64,000 bases of DNA from positions 32,240,001-32,304,000 of the forward strand of contig CP158635.1 in NCBI GenBank assembly GCA_050273025.1. Direction: 5' to 3'. Origin of the DNA: Cenococcum geophilum. Its lineage: Eukaryota. Shown here piece after piece: positions 26,145 through 39,278 of the stretch. Each line of letters begins with the position of its first letter. The stretch's first letter is position 1. Under the pieces are notes generated by a model. The model was not told the origin of the DNA. It ran no database searches and saw nothing but the letters and a program-made list of their open reading frames with translations. Made by a program: the position numbers and the translations under genes.

Positions 26145-29100
26145 ATGGACCTACCTACTAATTATTTTATAACTTGCGACGTTAACTATATCCGTAACTA
26201 TAAAAAGTTTATTAAGGGCGTTATAGTTTTTAAGATTGCCTTAACTATAGTAACTATAGGCTTTAGTATCTTATAAGGTAATAGTAAGGGCCCTATACTT
26301 AATAAGCCTCTTCTTTTAGAGCTTAGCAGTCTATACCTCTTAGCTAACGACGCTTTAAAATGCTATCTTTATCTATCTACCGGCCATATACGCGCCGATT
26401 ATCCTCTTAAAAAAGCTTCTTAACTTTATTACGGCTATAGTAAGGCTAGTTATCTTAAAGCTAACTATCCTAACCCTATATATAATAATTTTGGGGAAGC
26501 TGGTTATCTTAAGAGTAACTGTCCTAGTATAATATATAACTAATATAGTGCCATAGGCTATAGAAAGTGAGACTGTCCTTAGCTATTAGGTAAAAAGAAG
26601 CGGACTTACCTAAACTATAGCTCCCTAAACCATTAAACTGTCTTTTATAATTAGGTATATAAGAACTACGAAGTTATAGGGTATAATATTAATAATTATA
26701 TAAGTGGACCTACTTTAATTTAGGTAATAGACGCCGTAACCGCTCTAGGCAAGGTAGATATACTAGGTGCTGCCGCTTTAAATATAGTTACTACCTCTTC
26801 GTTACCTAAACCTTTTAATATAGCCGGCTTCTATTTAGTGGCGGATAGCCTAGTAAATAATCTAGACACCTATATAGAGGACAGTAATTCCATAATGGCC
26901 GAACCTTTAAATATACTTTAGCTTCTAAATAACGACTACTTTATAGTTTAGTTTATTATATAAATTATCGAAGAGTATATTATAGTATATGGCATTATAT
27001 TCTAGGTGTCTTATAAGACCGGTAGAATGCCTACTTATTATTTATATAAGGTGGCGTCTATCTAATTTACGGACGCTAATATTGCCGGTAACATTAAGGT
27101 TAATACTACTAATATTACTTCTCTAGTTATTTAATAACTATTATATCTAACCACGCTTAAGTATCTTACTTATATTCTCCCGTAAGATGCTATAACCCTA
27201 TAACTTTACTATATTAGGTTTATTATCACCTCTAATAAACTTATACTAGGTATACGCACATTACTTAGTAAGTACTTCTTCGTTAATAGGGACTTTAGCC
27301 TATTTACGCCGTAAATCTATAAAGCTTAGGATATGCTGTTAAATAGTCCTATGGTTATTATCTACTTCTTTACGCTAGGTATTAAATAGCTTAATAGTTA
27401 TATCGTAAGCCTAAACGCGAGCCTATAATAGTAGAGCATTAATAATCCTTTAGGTCGCTAGTAGAAGAACTATAATATAAATATCTAGCTTGGCATATAG
27501 CTTTTAATAGAGGACTAACTATTATACAAAATCCCCGCGAGGTATTAGTTTAATAGCGTTCTTAAGTATTTTACGGTCTAGTTCTATACCGCAGTCGTGA
27601 GCCTTAAGGCCGTTAATTAGAACCCCTAGGTACCCACTATTATTTATCTTATTACCTTCCTAGGTGGTATAGACTAAGTCTACTACGCTACTATCTAGAT
27701 AGTTAATGGTCTTACCCTTTATACTAACTCTATTATTAATATCTTATTCCTAGGTAAAGATATAAATACCTAGGCTAGCTAAAAAGGAGTTATTATTAAT
27801 ACCACTCCCTTTAGCTCCGGCTATAACTACTATACTTTTGTCTTTTAACTATAGGTGGGTTATAAGTTTATATTAAACTCTATATTTGCTCCGGAGCATA
27901 TCCTAAGCAGCAATAACTTTATAATAATTAGTAACCTAAGTAAGGCCCTAATTACGGCATAGGGTATTAAATGTCTTATAACTAAACGTATCCCTAAAGT
28001 TAGAATCTCCTAAGAGATTAATACTCTACGCTACCTATAGTAAGGAGGCAACAGTTTCTATATTAAGCGCTAAATTACGCTATCTAATAACTTTATAGAT
28101 CTCCCGCGTATTAATTACTTTAACTATAATATTACTAAGTATAGGAAGAACTTGGTTAATAATGCCCTTAAGGCCGTTTTACTGCTACTTAATAAAGAGT
28201 AAACGGGTACCTATATTGCGCTTAAATATATAATAGGCGGTATTTTGCTAATATAAGGCCCCGGTGGTGTTAGGAAATTAACCTTTCTAGCTATCTTAGT
28301 ATAATACTAGTATTAACTTAGGTCGCCCTAGTAGGATCCTACTAAAATCTAAGTCCTATTGCCGCTTAATCGCTAACTAAATATACTAGCTAAGATAATT
28401 AATAATACGCTTATAGAGGACTATAAGGCACTAATTATATAAGGCTATCCCGCTAAATTTCCTATCGTCCTTTACCGCTATATGCGCTTAATAGAAACTA
28501 AGGTCTATAAGCGGGATGCCGTTATATAGCGAATAGTGGTAAGTATTAATACTTGTCCTAAGTATTTTAAGGAATAGGATAACTATGCTATAATTAATAA
28601 GGACGCGTTTATGCTAAATATAGCATTCCTGCTCTACCGTACGTTTAAGGCTAGTAATACTACCAGCTTTAATAAGCGGTTATAGGTTATAGATTTGTCT
28701 AAAGGTTAATAGTTATTACGCCTTATAGGTGTTCTAGACAGCGACAGAAACTTATATCCTATTATAGACCCTAATATAACTAAATACGCTAAATTCCGCT
28801 AATACTTGTATTAATTTACGCTTAGTAATAATATAACGTAAGATAATAAGATAGGATTAACACTCGCGGCTAATATAGTTATTATAAACCTGGCTAAAAA
28901 GGCTAATATTATTCTTATAATACCTAATATAGTCTTATAAACTTATGCATATTCTATTAGCGCTATATATATAGTTTTTTTATAATAAGGCCAGAAAGGC
29001 GTCTAAGCTAGGTAGTTTTGCTAGGTTTACCTAGAGTAGACTATATTTAATTTAGGGAGGTTTATAGATCTAGGCTGGCGACCCTATACCTTAGGTTCTT

Positions 29101-30216
29101 CTTAGTAATATATACTAACTAAAACCAATCCTTAATCCTAATTTTAATAATCTGTTCTACTATTAGAAATCTATCTCCCTCTATATATATCTCCTTGCGG
29201 CTAATATGGATATAGTATAGTTCTTACTATAATATTAATTTATTAAAGACATTATATATTTTATAAATGCCGTTTTACCGCACGGCTAGCTTTAGATAAG
29301 CTTAATAGTTAAGGACTAAGAGCAGTTAAAGCTGGCGGCAAGCTTTTTTAAAGATATACTACGCTGCAACCACCCTATCGCCTTCTTTGCCGTTAATAGT
29401 ACTATATAGGTAAATAAGCTTAGCTAATTAATATATAACCTAGTCTACGCTTAACGCGCATTTTAGGTGGCTATAGCGCTAATAAACTTTAGATTTAAGC
29501 TATTAGAGGTTAGCCTTACCATTCTATATATAGCCTAACTTACCATCTCCTCCGTAGCGCTATATGCGCTTAAAGAATAGTGCTATACCCAGTAAGATAG
29601 TAGTAAGTGGCGGGAATTTACGCCAGCAGTTAGCGAGATTAAGGTTTTTACCGTTAACGGCATCTAAGGTAGCTAGGTGGAGTTATTAGTATATAATATA
29701 ATAGTTGCTAGTTTACTAAAATTTGTCTAAAATATAGTAAGGAACCTTTTTATAATTACTAGACTATAAGCGGGCCTTATTATTATTAGTAGTCCCTAAG
29801 TAGTCCATAATTATTATACTAGTAATAAAACCTTTATAAATACCGCGTATTATAAAATTAAGAAGTAGTATAAGGATAATAAGGTATTTATTAACCTTAA
29901 GAATTCTAAGCGGAAAGAGTACTTCTAGTAACTTATCGCCCTATTTAATGTTAACGAAACTATATAGCGTGTCTACCGCTAGTATACAGCTAATTATATA
30001 CCTATTTCGTATAGTATAGATGTTAACTTTAATATTACTATCCCTAACTTCGCGGGTGTAGTAAATATTAGCGGTATTAGTAATTATTCTAAAGCGTAGA
30101 ACGAGGCTAATAGAAAGGGCGCTAATAATAATAGCTAGGGTGGTGCCGGTGATAATAATAAGGATAATAATAATAGAGAGGATATTAGTGGCGTTAGAAT
30201 ATAAGGAGGGTAGTAA
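26145..30216 (+). pseudogene. UPF1/SEN1-like SF1B helicase with five N-terminal CCHC zinc knuckles, RIP-mutated cargo gene
   Basis: Five CxxCxxxxHxxxxC units at 26427-26700. Walker A LI(Q)GPGG.(G)K(S)T is at ~28250, (DE)A at ~28985 and Y.A(Q)L at ~29525. Motif V TV(D)GI(Q)GS is at ~29650 and motif VI R....ITR..AGLIII at ~29740-29790. Confidence 0.8.
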
Positions 30217-30519
30217 AAATAGATATTATAGACTTTACTAGTAGCGAGACCCTTAAATAGGGACACTGGATAAAAGTTAAGAGCGGTAGTAGCTATTAGC
30301 CTTTAATATTTATAATTTTGCTATAATACTAGGTAAAATACGGCATATTATAATATTATATATTATAGCTAAATAAGATAGACTTTTAATAATTATAATC
30401 TCTAAAATAAATAAACGCATTATAGTAAAGACAGCCTAATTTATAAAGCCTAGTGATCTTAATTTCTATCCCTCTTAGGCTAGTAGTTAATTAATACTAA
30501 TCTATAATTTAGATTTTAA

Positions 30520-30912
30520 GGGGTTGTTTAGTTATAATCTATTACTTTTAAATCTAAACTAAAAGTCTGGTAAAAAGAACGCGTTCCTTCCTAATTTAAT
30601 ATACGTTTATAGCTCTACGGGTTATACGGACGTATATAATCTAAAGCCTTTAGATTTAATTTAGAGTTTAAATAAGGAGCTTTAAGCTCCTAATTTAAAC
30701 TAACGCTAAGACCTTAGTTTAAATTCTATATATAGTAAGTTGCCAACTTTTTAGTAACTTTTAGCGTGTTTTTTAGAATATTAAAATTTTATAGCTAAAG
30801 TTAAGTTAAACTAGAATTTAACCAAACGGTTGCCCTAGAATTAGATTAGAGCTTTAAATTAACTCTATTTTAAAGCCCTTATTCTAATCTAAACTTATAA
30901 CTAAATATTCCC
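30520..30912. mobile_element. PIF/Harbinger (Tourist-like) MITE, RIP-mutated
   Basis: TIR GGGGTTGTTTAGTTATAA versus reverse-complemented right end GGGAATATTTAGTTATAA, with a 3-bp TAA TSD (30517-30519 / 30913-30915). Confidence 0.6.
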
Positions 30913-30999
30913 TAAGTACTTAACTAGTTAGATTATAGTTTAGATATCTCGCCAATAACTACAATTATTATTAATTACTCTCCGTATAGTATAGGCCGC

Positions 31000-32450
31000 C
31001 TCTATTTTTACTAAACTATAATAACCTTAAATAGGATCTAATCCTTTTCTTGCTATAGCTGCCGCTAAGGCAATATAACCTAACGCCCTCTCCTGCTTAT
31101 ATTGGGTATGCTATTCCTAGTATCAGCACGCCGTTACTATATCTTAAGAAACTTATCGCTAATACTATAGGCCCTTAGAATAATACCTGTCCTACTATAC
31201 TAGCTACTAGCTAGTAAAATATAGGACAAATGTAATATCTATATAGTTGCCCCTAATAGAAGAGCCTATAGTAAAGGCAATTTGCTATACTACGTCTAGA
31301 TAACCTAAGATTATGTATATAGGTAATAATCTTAGGGCTTCCTAGTGTAATAGGAGGTTTTGCTATAAGGCAAATTTAACTAAAGTTACTATCTCTATAT
31401 AGATTAGATTAACTGTAATTAATTAATACCTTCTAGCCCGCCTAGCGAAATATATTGCGCTAGAGATAGGGCTAAATAAACATTAGTAATATATTATAAT
31501 TATAACAGATACCTATATACTATTTTTATAGATAGCCGTAAATATAACTTAGCCCACCCTATAATAAACTGCCCTTAATAGAGTAGCCCTTAAGGCCCTA
31601 TCGTTTTAGATAGATATAGTCTCTATATAGGCGGCCTATATTTACTCCTTGTTATAATCTACCCCGGCCTCTAAAAATATTTTAACTAGTAGCTAATATT
31701 CGACTATGCGTAGGTCTTAAGGCGTATTAGATAGTAATACTAGACTTAAGGCTATATCTATACTTAGGACTAAGTTTATATTATCTAGTTTCCGCCTATA
31801 AAGTAGTATAATAAGTTGTTTAAGATTAAAGCCACAGTTCTATATATAGTTAAGCTAGGATAAACTCTACGAGTTTATGGTAGCTATATACCCCCTTTTT
31901 ATATCTACTATATAATTAATACCAGGCCGCCCTAGCACCTTTATCTTATTATATATATTTAACTATACGCGGGCTAGTATATTCTATATAGCCTTATATA
32001 TTCATAGCGCTAGTGCCTTCTCGCATTCTACTACCTAATGGATAACTTTCTAGATCGCCTGCTCGCGTAGTAAATCGTTTAGTTATCCGCGAAATAAAAC
32101 GTATAGGATGCCGTCCTTAATAATAACCTACTTAAAAGTCCGCTTAATAGTATTAAGTCTCTTTATAGTAATGTCTAAGCTAGTAATAAGCTATATATCT
32201 TTTTACGGGTCCGTAATGCTTGCAGAGTTATACTATACTATATTTACGGTATACCGCTATTATATATCGCGTCCTATTGTAAAAAATAGTCTAGTATCCT
32301 AAGTAGGGAATAGTAGTATTTAGAATTCTGTGCTTAGTATAATAGAGAGGTGGCGTAATATTAGTAATAAGTAGAGTCTCCTAGCCTAACGTAACGCGAT
32401 TTAGCGTAAATTAGTATAAAATATAATAGGTTGCGCTATCTAGCGCGTTA
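31000..32450 (-). pseudogene. Unknown cargo ORF of the Plavaka element (ends approximate)
   Basis: A long minus-strand frame with protein-like composition, interrupted by RIP-type stops (e.g. RLNTIKRTFK*VIIKDGILYVLFRG*LNDLLREQAI). No motif recognised. Confidence 0.4.
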
Positions 32451-32599
32451 GTGTCTACGGACATTACTATACTCTTACTATACTCCTCCTATCTTAACTA
32501 GCTTATAATATAGTATAAGCTATAAATACTACTTTAAATATACGGTTCTATATGGATATTATTTCCGGCTTTCTTTTAACCAAACTATAGCAAATTGCA

Positions 32600-35500
32600 G
32601 CTTAATGCGGCAATTTATAAATAAGCTTTATCTAGCGGTAATATAGAAAATATGGGACTAAAGAAAAAGTATAGGCGGTCTAACCTATTATAAATAATAT
32701 TATCTAAGATAACAGAAATAAAAGAAGGGTAAATATAAGGGCGTTAATATTAAAGAGATAAATAATAATACACCCTTACGCTATTAAAGCTTAGAGGAGT
32801 ATTAGACAGCCTATTATAGGGCTAAGCTAAAGCAATATAATAAGTGGCCACTTACATAATATATAGATGATAATGTACTATTATACTATTAAACCTTGGA
32901 AGGGCATTATATAACTAATTATAAGGCCGAATTAGAGTAAGGTAATAAGTGGCCACCTATATAAGCTTTAGGCGATAATATTATTAATAAGCTAAATAAT
33001 AGGGCTGCGGATATGCACTATAATAATAATTCCATAACATTTAATAGGGTATATAACCTAGTAATAGTTAAGACTAATTAGTAAACTTTAACTAGAATAT
33101 TTATAGACGTCTTTTAAACTAAAATATTTAAAGAGGCCACTGGCTATGCCGCGGGAAAGCCTCTAGGATGGAACTAAGGAAATCCGTAAACTATAGATGA
33201 TATTACGGCAGTATATAATATTATACCGTATATTAAGCGTACTGGCAGTGCACTAAATAAAATACCTCCTTTATTTTATCTGTTTAGTAGTAAGGTAGAA
33301 TATATATAGGTCTTATAGTGGGTAAGCTACAGGACTTCTAACCGCGCTATTAATAAGTGGTTTAACAATATTAGGCTTTAGGAAGTATTTACCAACTATT
33401 TTTCTTACTAGAGTGCTATTAATATTAAAGTAAAACTACTTTTAAAATAGATATAATTTAAGAGTAATTAACCGCAGTAAATTAAAATAATTGTAACTAT
33501 AGGGGACTAGTAGCTGCTAGTATGTTACTAAAATACTTTAGAGATTATATTCTTCCTTATTAGTTATAGCCCTTTCTAAGGAGGTATAACTTTCTTGCTA
33601 GTAAGGCAGTACTTATTAATAGGAATAAGAATATATAATAAGCTTAATATAGTAAACTGGTGGTAGGAGATGTAAGAGCAGCTACCGCTTGGCGCAACCG
33701 TAGTGCCAATTATATTAGCTAGCAATAAGACCTAACTAATATAATACGCCGGTGGCAAGAAAGCATAGCCGCTCTATATTTTAATTAGAAATATTAAACT
33801 GCGCGTTTAATAATCTATAAATTAACTAGCCCTATTACTGCTTATATACCTCCTAGTTTATATACCTAGTAACTAAATAATATAACTAGCGGTGTAATAT
33901 AAGACCCTTATGGCTATCCTTAAACGTATACTTTAGCAATAACCCTATTACTAGTATAGTTATGCTAATAATGCCTATAGCGTTAGAGAAAGCTAGTAAA
34001 GAAGGAGTACGTCTTCTATATATAGATGGCTAGGATTAATACTGCTTTCTACTTCTAGCTATATTTATAGCTAATTATTGTAACGTGTCCCGCCCGCACG
34101 TCGCCATACGGCCAAAAAGACAGAGAGTGCTTGCGAACTTGTCGTAAGCGTGGCGGGATCCAATATATGTACTCTTACAATTATAAAGAACAGATCACGC
34201 TTATAGGTATTAAAAGTAGCTATAAATATTCGACTTATTATATATATATAAATAAACAGTATAATCTAATAACTGCTATCTAGCGACTGTGGCTGTTTTA
34301 TATATACTAATTAACAAAAGACTAAATATAAATATAGTAAGAAGGTTGCGATACTAATAAGAAGGATAACTTAGATTATATTTGGCCGTTCTGCAACTTT
34401 ATATAGGGCTATAATCTATCTAATATCTATAAGATAATAGCGCCTAATTTCCTACACTAGGTGCTTAAAGGCCTCACTAGTAAATATCTTATATACTAGA
34501 TTAAGGGGCTTATATAAAGCAAAATATAGGCCGGAAAATATTAGGGCTTTAATATCCCGCGTATAGATAGTTACGGCTAGGAGATATTAAATATTAATAC
34601 ACTTATTACCACCCGCTTTATATAGGTGGACCGATTTATTAATATAATAGTGTAGGATAGCTAGGCAAATGTCGGCTAATAGATAAGAAAGATATATAAA
34701 TCTTTATTACGACAATTAGTCCTTACTATAGCACTCTTACTAAAATAGAATAAAGGCGCTATACTATTTATCCGGGCGTTTATAGACTTTACTATACTAT
34801 CTTAATATATATTATATAACGAATTAACTATCTAGTACCTAGTAGTAGCTATTTATAGAATAGATAAGATAAAGGATATATTCCTTTTATTTTAACTAAG
34901 TAAGGTAGGACTACTACACTTTAATATTCCTAAGCTATATGCTATTACCTACTATTTAGAGAGTATTTAGTAACTAGAAGTAATTAGAGGTATAGATATA
35001 GAGTATTTGGAGTAAGTATATAAGCTATAGAAGGTATTTTACTATAGGACTAACAAATAGAATAACTATAAAGAGTAGATGCTATAATATAACACTATAT
35101 ATCTTAATACTATACTTTAAAACGAACTTAAGCTATAGGCATTAACTAATATAATTAATATAGTAGACCTAATAAGCGCAATATAGACAATATAACTAGG
35201 CCCTATAGTTAATATATACGCATATCGCTCGTATATATAGAACTTTAATAACTATATAACTTAGACACTTTAAGACTAAAGAATTAATATATCTATCTGG
35301 TGTATAGTTAAGGAGGTATAGAGTTAGATAGAGATTACCGACCTTATATTTAAACTAGCCCCCTTTATAAGGGAATGCTATAAGCAGATTAATGGAATCT
35401 AGTAAATAGACTAGGACGTTAACAAACTAAAGGCCGATAATAATTAGGTATTAAAGATGCCCTTAAGTATCTATTATAGTGTTATATGCTATATTTACTT

Positions 35501-36050
35501 TAAAAAGGATACTACTAACATTAATAAGCTTAATAAGGTATTTACTTAATATACCCCGTTATAGGCTAATACTAAAGCCCCCCGCTATAATGCTGTAATA
35601 GTATAAGAATACAAGTGGGTAAATAATAGCCTCTATAGTAATAAAGTAGGGAGGCTTTATCTGCTACTTATAATCTAGAATACTAGGTAATTAGATAGTA
35701 AGGGTAAATACCTAAAATATACTAGTGCGTTAGTAGAGACCCTTTAAGTTTATAATAGTGGTAAGATTAATATAAGAACCGGAATACTTAGAGTATAGAG
35801 TATAAAGCTATCTAATAGTAGGATGAAATATACGCTAGATGCCCTTTAGATATATAATATTAACCATATTATAAGGCCTATCTTACTTATACTAACGGAT
35901 ATTAATATTATAGACTATTTCTTTATAAATAACTATAGTAATTAGGATATATATAATACTATATATAATAAAGATTTTAAGCAAATAAATACGGTATAGG
36001 TTAATATATATATAAGGAAATAGGCTTATACTAGGCAGTAAATAAATATA
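32600..36050 (+). pseudogene. Plavaka transposase, RIP-mutated (start approximate)
   Basis: 33640-33800 reads NWW(W)EM(Q)EQLPLGATVVPIILAS(D)KT(Q)L...GGKKA(W)PLYI(S)I(G)NI. A(D)Y.EQ is at ~34070/34185, P(D)FLH(Q)VLKG at ~34445, and FNIPKL(H)AIT(H)Y...(T)E..E at ~34920-35010. Confidence 0.9.
34079..34179 (+). mobile_element. 101-bp solo LTR-like mini element, copy 2, inside the Plavaka transposase
   Basis: TGTAA...TTACA ends and TSD ATTAT (34074-34078 / 34180-34184). Confidence 0.85.
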
Positions 36051-36719
36051 ACTTAGCTAAAATAGCAGTAAGTTATAACTAGCGGCGACGGATTATAATA
36101 AAGGGGTAGATTACTGCGACTATAATAAACTAAAATATAACACTACTACGCATCGCCCTCTATACGCTAGCTACCCTTTATATCCTATATACTGTACTAT
36201 TTACCTTAAAAGTAGGTAAATATCGCGAGGAATTAGGCTTCTATACGGTATAGAAAAAATATTACATAAAGTAAGACCTTATACTATAATAAGGTAATCT
36301 AATTACCCTATTATAAAGCCTAATAAATAGTTAGGCCGCCCTTTTAACTTATTATTATAAGTTTATTAAAGCTCCTTTTTATATACTTAGTAAGAAATGC
36401 CTAATTTATATTATAAAAGTTAACTAGGTTATTATTTAAAGTATATTAGGTATAAGACTCCGGACTATTTAGCGTTTTTAAAAAAAGTAAAGTGCGTATA
36501 AAAGCTAAATAGTTCTACTAAACTAATATATTTATCCTTTACTTATCCCGTAGAAAAGTAAACGAAGACACTATAAGTTAAGTAGTAGCTCCTAGAATAA
36601 TTTAGATCTTAAAGGGGATAATATCGGGCTTTATACCGTAACTATCTCTATTAAAAGGTAAGGCTGTTATTAATATGCTATAGTATGACCTATTATTATT
36701 AATTTTAATAATATTATCC

Positions 36720-37830
36720 TAATGGATAGTCCTGTTCTTATTAGGTAAAAGCCTATAAACTCTAAGCGACCGCAAGATACTTAAAAGAAATGTATATATT
36801 ACTTAAATAAACAACCGCTATAGGATAACTTTAGATAACGTATAAAGTAGCTACTTAGCCTAGTTAATATAAAGATATATAGTATTGCTTAGACACGTCT
36901 TATTATATAAGTAATAATAGGCTCTATACCTAAAGAGCTCTATCTTTTTTTAGCTGAAAATAAATATAAGCGGTTTAAATACACTAATAAAGCAGATGTG
37001 GAAAGAGGTAATTACTATTATAGACTATTATAAAAACCTAATAAATGGAGTATTAAGTATGCTATTAGGGCTAGCAGTACGCAAAATTTATAGTCCTTAG
37101 ATTTAATAGTACTATACTAACTAATTTTCTAGCTATATAACTAGCTTAGTGTGTTTTAGTGTTATATAATAAATATAGTACGCGATACTATTACTAGGAG
37201 CTATAATTGCCTTAAACTAGATACTAAGGCTGTAGTAAAGGAAGTAGCGGAACTACTTAAGGATAACCGCTTTACGCTTAGTGGCCCGGTTAGTACTCTG
37301 CCTTTTACTATACCTAATTAACTAAGGCTAGAATAAAGAGATAAGATTTAGGGCGCCGATTATTACACATTATATTAAGCGAGTGTTCTTTAATACTAGG
37401 CTAAGGCTACTTGCCCTTAATAAGAATAGTACTAACCTCTTTTTGCCTATTATAGCTAATATAATATAGCTTATATGCGTGGTAATTTAATATACTTTTA
37501 AGGACTATAGAAGCGGAATATAAGTTATTTATAAGTTTAAAGCTAACGCTATAATTACAGGTAGGTTTATAGAAAGCCTCTTACTATACTTACTAAAGCG
37601 TATTATAGATAGTTAGGAATAACTATAGAATATTTAAAAGAGCTACTAACTTAAGTATAATAAAAGGCTATATAGGCTACTTCTATAATAAGTTAATAAG
37701 ATATAAAATATAACTAGAGATAAGATGCTATAGACTTAATAGGTAATTAGTAATCTGTTTAAGAATATTATAGAAGATTTAGAGGAACTAGATCCTAAGT
37801 ACAATAATGGGTTTACTTAATAACTGCATA
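36720..37830 (+). pseudogene. Accessory ORF downstream of the Plavaka transposase, DUF6532-like
   Basis: ~37435-37560 reads LFLPIIANII*LICVVI*YTFKDYRSG....FKA. This resembles the F.P.P...IAL...AI...L.EW..G pattern as I recall it for DUF6532 (unverified). A probable GT..AG intron lies at ~37561-37608. Confidence 0.4.
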
Positions 37831-38539
37831 CTATAAGTATAAATATATAATATTATATTAATTGTATCGCAACGTTATATCGCAATACTCGCTGTATACT
37901 ATAGCACTTTACTACCGTTTCCTATATTATAATATCGCGCTATTTTAATTATTATATATAGGCTAATAAAGATAATATAATAGGATAACGGTAGCCTAGT
38001 GTATCTATTATAAAGAATAAACTCTAAAACTATATATAAGGTCTCCCTCTTACAGTATACTAATAAGACGATTTTAATACTATATAACTATAATATTAAC
38101 GCTATCTAAGCGCGCCTTAAATAAATTTAAGGTAATAATAAATAGGAAATAGGAATTAATTATTATATCTTATAGTGTACTTTTACTAGCGAGTCTAAGG
38201 TTATAGATATTATAAATAGTACTATACTAGAGGATATAAAGGCCCGCCTATAGAGTGGAGATAGACTAGTAATACTAGAATTTGCTAACAAAGAGAATAA
38301 AAGTAAAGAAGGTAGTAGAATAAATAGGGAAAATAATAGTAAGAATAACGGCAAGAATGAAGATAATTAGGGGTTTAATAGTGCGGTGCTACTATTACGG
38401 CGGGACTTATATAAATATTAAACTTAAAATAGTAGGTTAACTAAAGGGCGTTATTAGGCGTATTAAGGTTATATTATACTACTATTAGGTTAAAATATGT
38501 TCTTTATATAGTATATACTAGGCGTATAAAATAAGTAGA

Positions 38540-39175
38540 GAATACTAATTATGTAGAATAAGTAAAGGGTACTAACTGCGTAGAATAAGTAAAGGGTACT
38601 AACTGCGTAAACTAGGTAAAGTATACTAATTACGCGGAATAGGTAAATACTACTAACTGTATAAACTAAGCAAATACTATTAAGTGCGCGGGAAAAGTAA
38701 TGCTTATTTATTACTTAAAGTAAGTAAGATATATAGAATGCGCGAGGGGGGCATTATATATTAATTATATATTAAGTATAGAGAGAGCTTAATAAAATAA
38801 AGGTACTACTTACCTAGGTAGCTATAAATGCGCAATTAGCTATACCGCGTTATTAAATATAGTAGTATGCTATACCGCGTTATTAGATATAGTAGTATAC
38901 TTATACCGCGTTACTAGATATAGCAGTATACTATACCACGTTATTAGATGCAGCAGAATGCTATACCGCGTTATTAGATATAGTAGAATACTGCATTACG
39001 TTATTAGATGCGGCAGAATGCTATACCGCGTTATTAGATGCGGCAGTATGCTTATACCGCGTTACTAGATACGGTAGTATGCTACACTACGTTGTTAGAT
39101 GCGGCAGTATGCTATATCGCGTTATTGGATGCGGCAGTATACTATACCGCGTTATTAGATGCGGCAGTATGCCGT
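38540..39175. repeat. Right subterminal tandem arrays of the Plavaka element
   Basis: ~26-bp units (TACTAACTGCGTAGAATAAGTAAAGGG-like, 38540-38680), then about eleven 30-31-bp units (GCTATACCGCGTTATTAGATGCGGCAGTAT, 38839-39175). Confidence 0.9.
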
Positions 39176-39278
39176 ACCTAAGTTAATACGCTACACGTTA
39201 TAGTGCGCGAATTGCGCATTTGGCCGCTAAATGCCGCCAAATGCTGCGAAAATGCTGGTAAATTTTTTCCTGACGTTC

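Larger units (their letters stand above)
3824..39274 (+). mobile_element. Giant cargo-bearing Plavaka-type (CMC/EnSpm-related) DNA transposon
   Basis: TIR GT(C/T)AGGAAAAAATTTACCAGCATTT at both ends. The TSD is GTTC (3820-3823 / 39275-39278), or TT if the terminal CG is counted as element. It has subterminal tandem arrays and an internal Plavaka transposase. Confidence 0.85.

Noticed and set aside
38839..39175. 30-bp repeat array superficially like a CRISPR array
   Set aside because: The units are head-to-tail with no unique spacers, and the context is a eukaryotic transposon subterminus.
3824..39274. Starship interpretation of the large cargo element
   Set aside because: No tyrosine-recombinase captain was seen at either end. 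It has symmetric TIRs and a Plavaka transposase.
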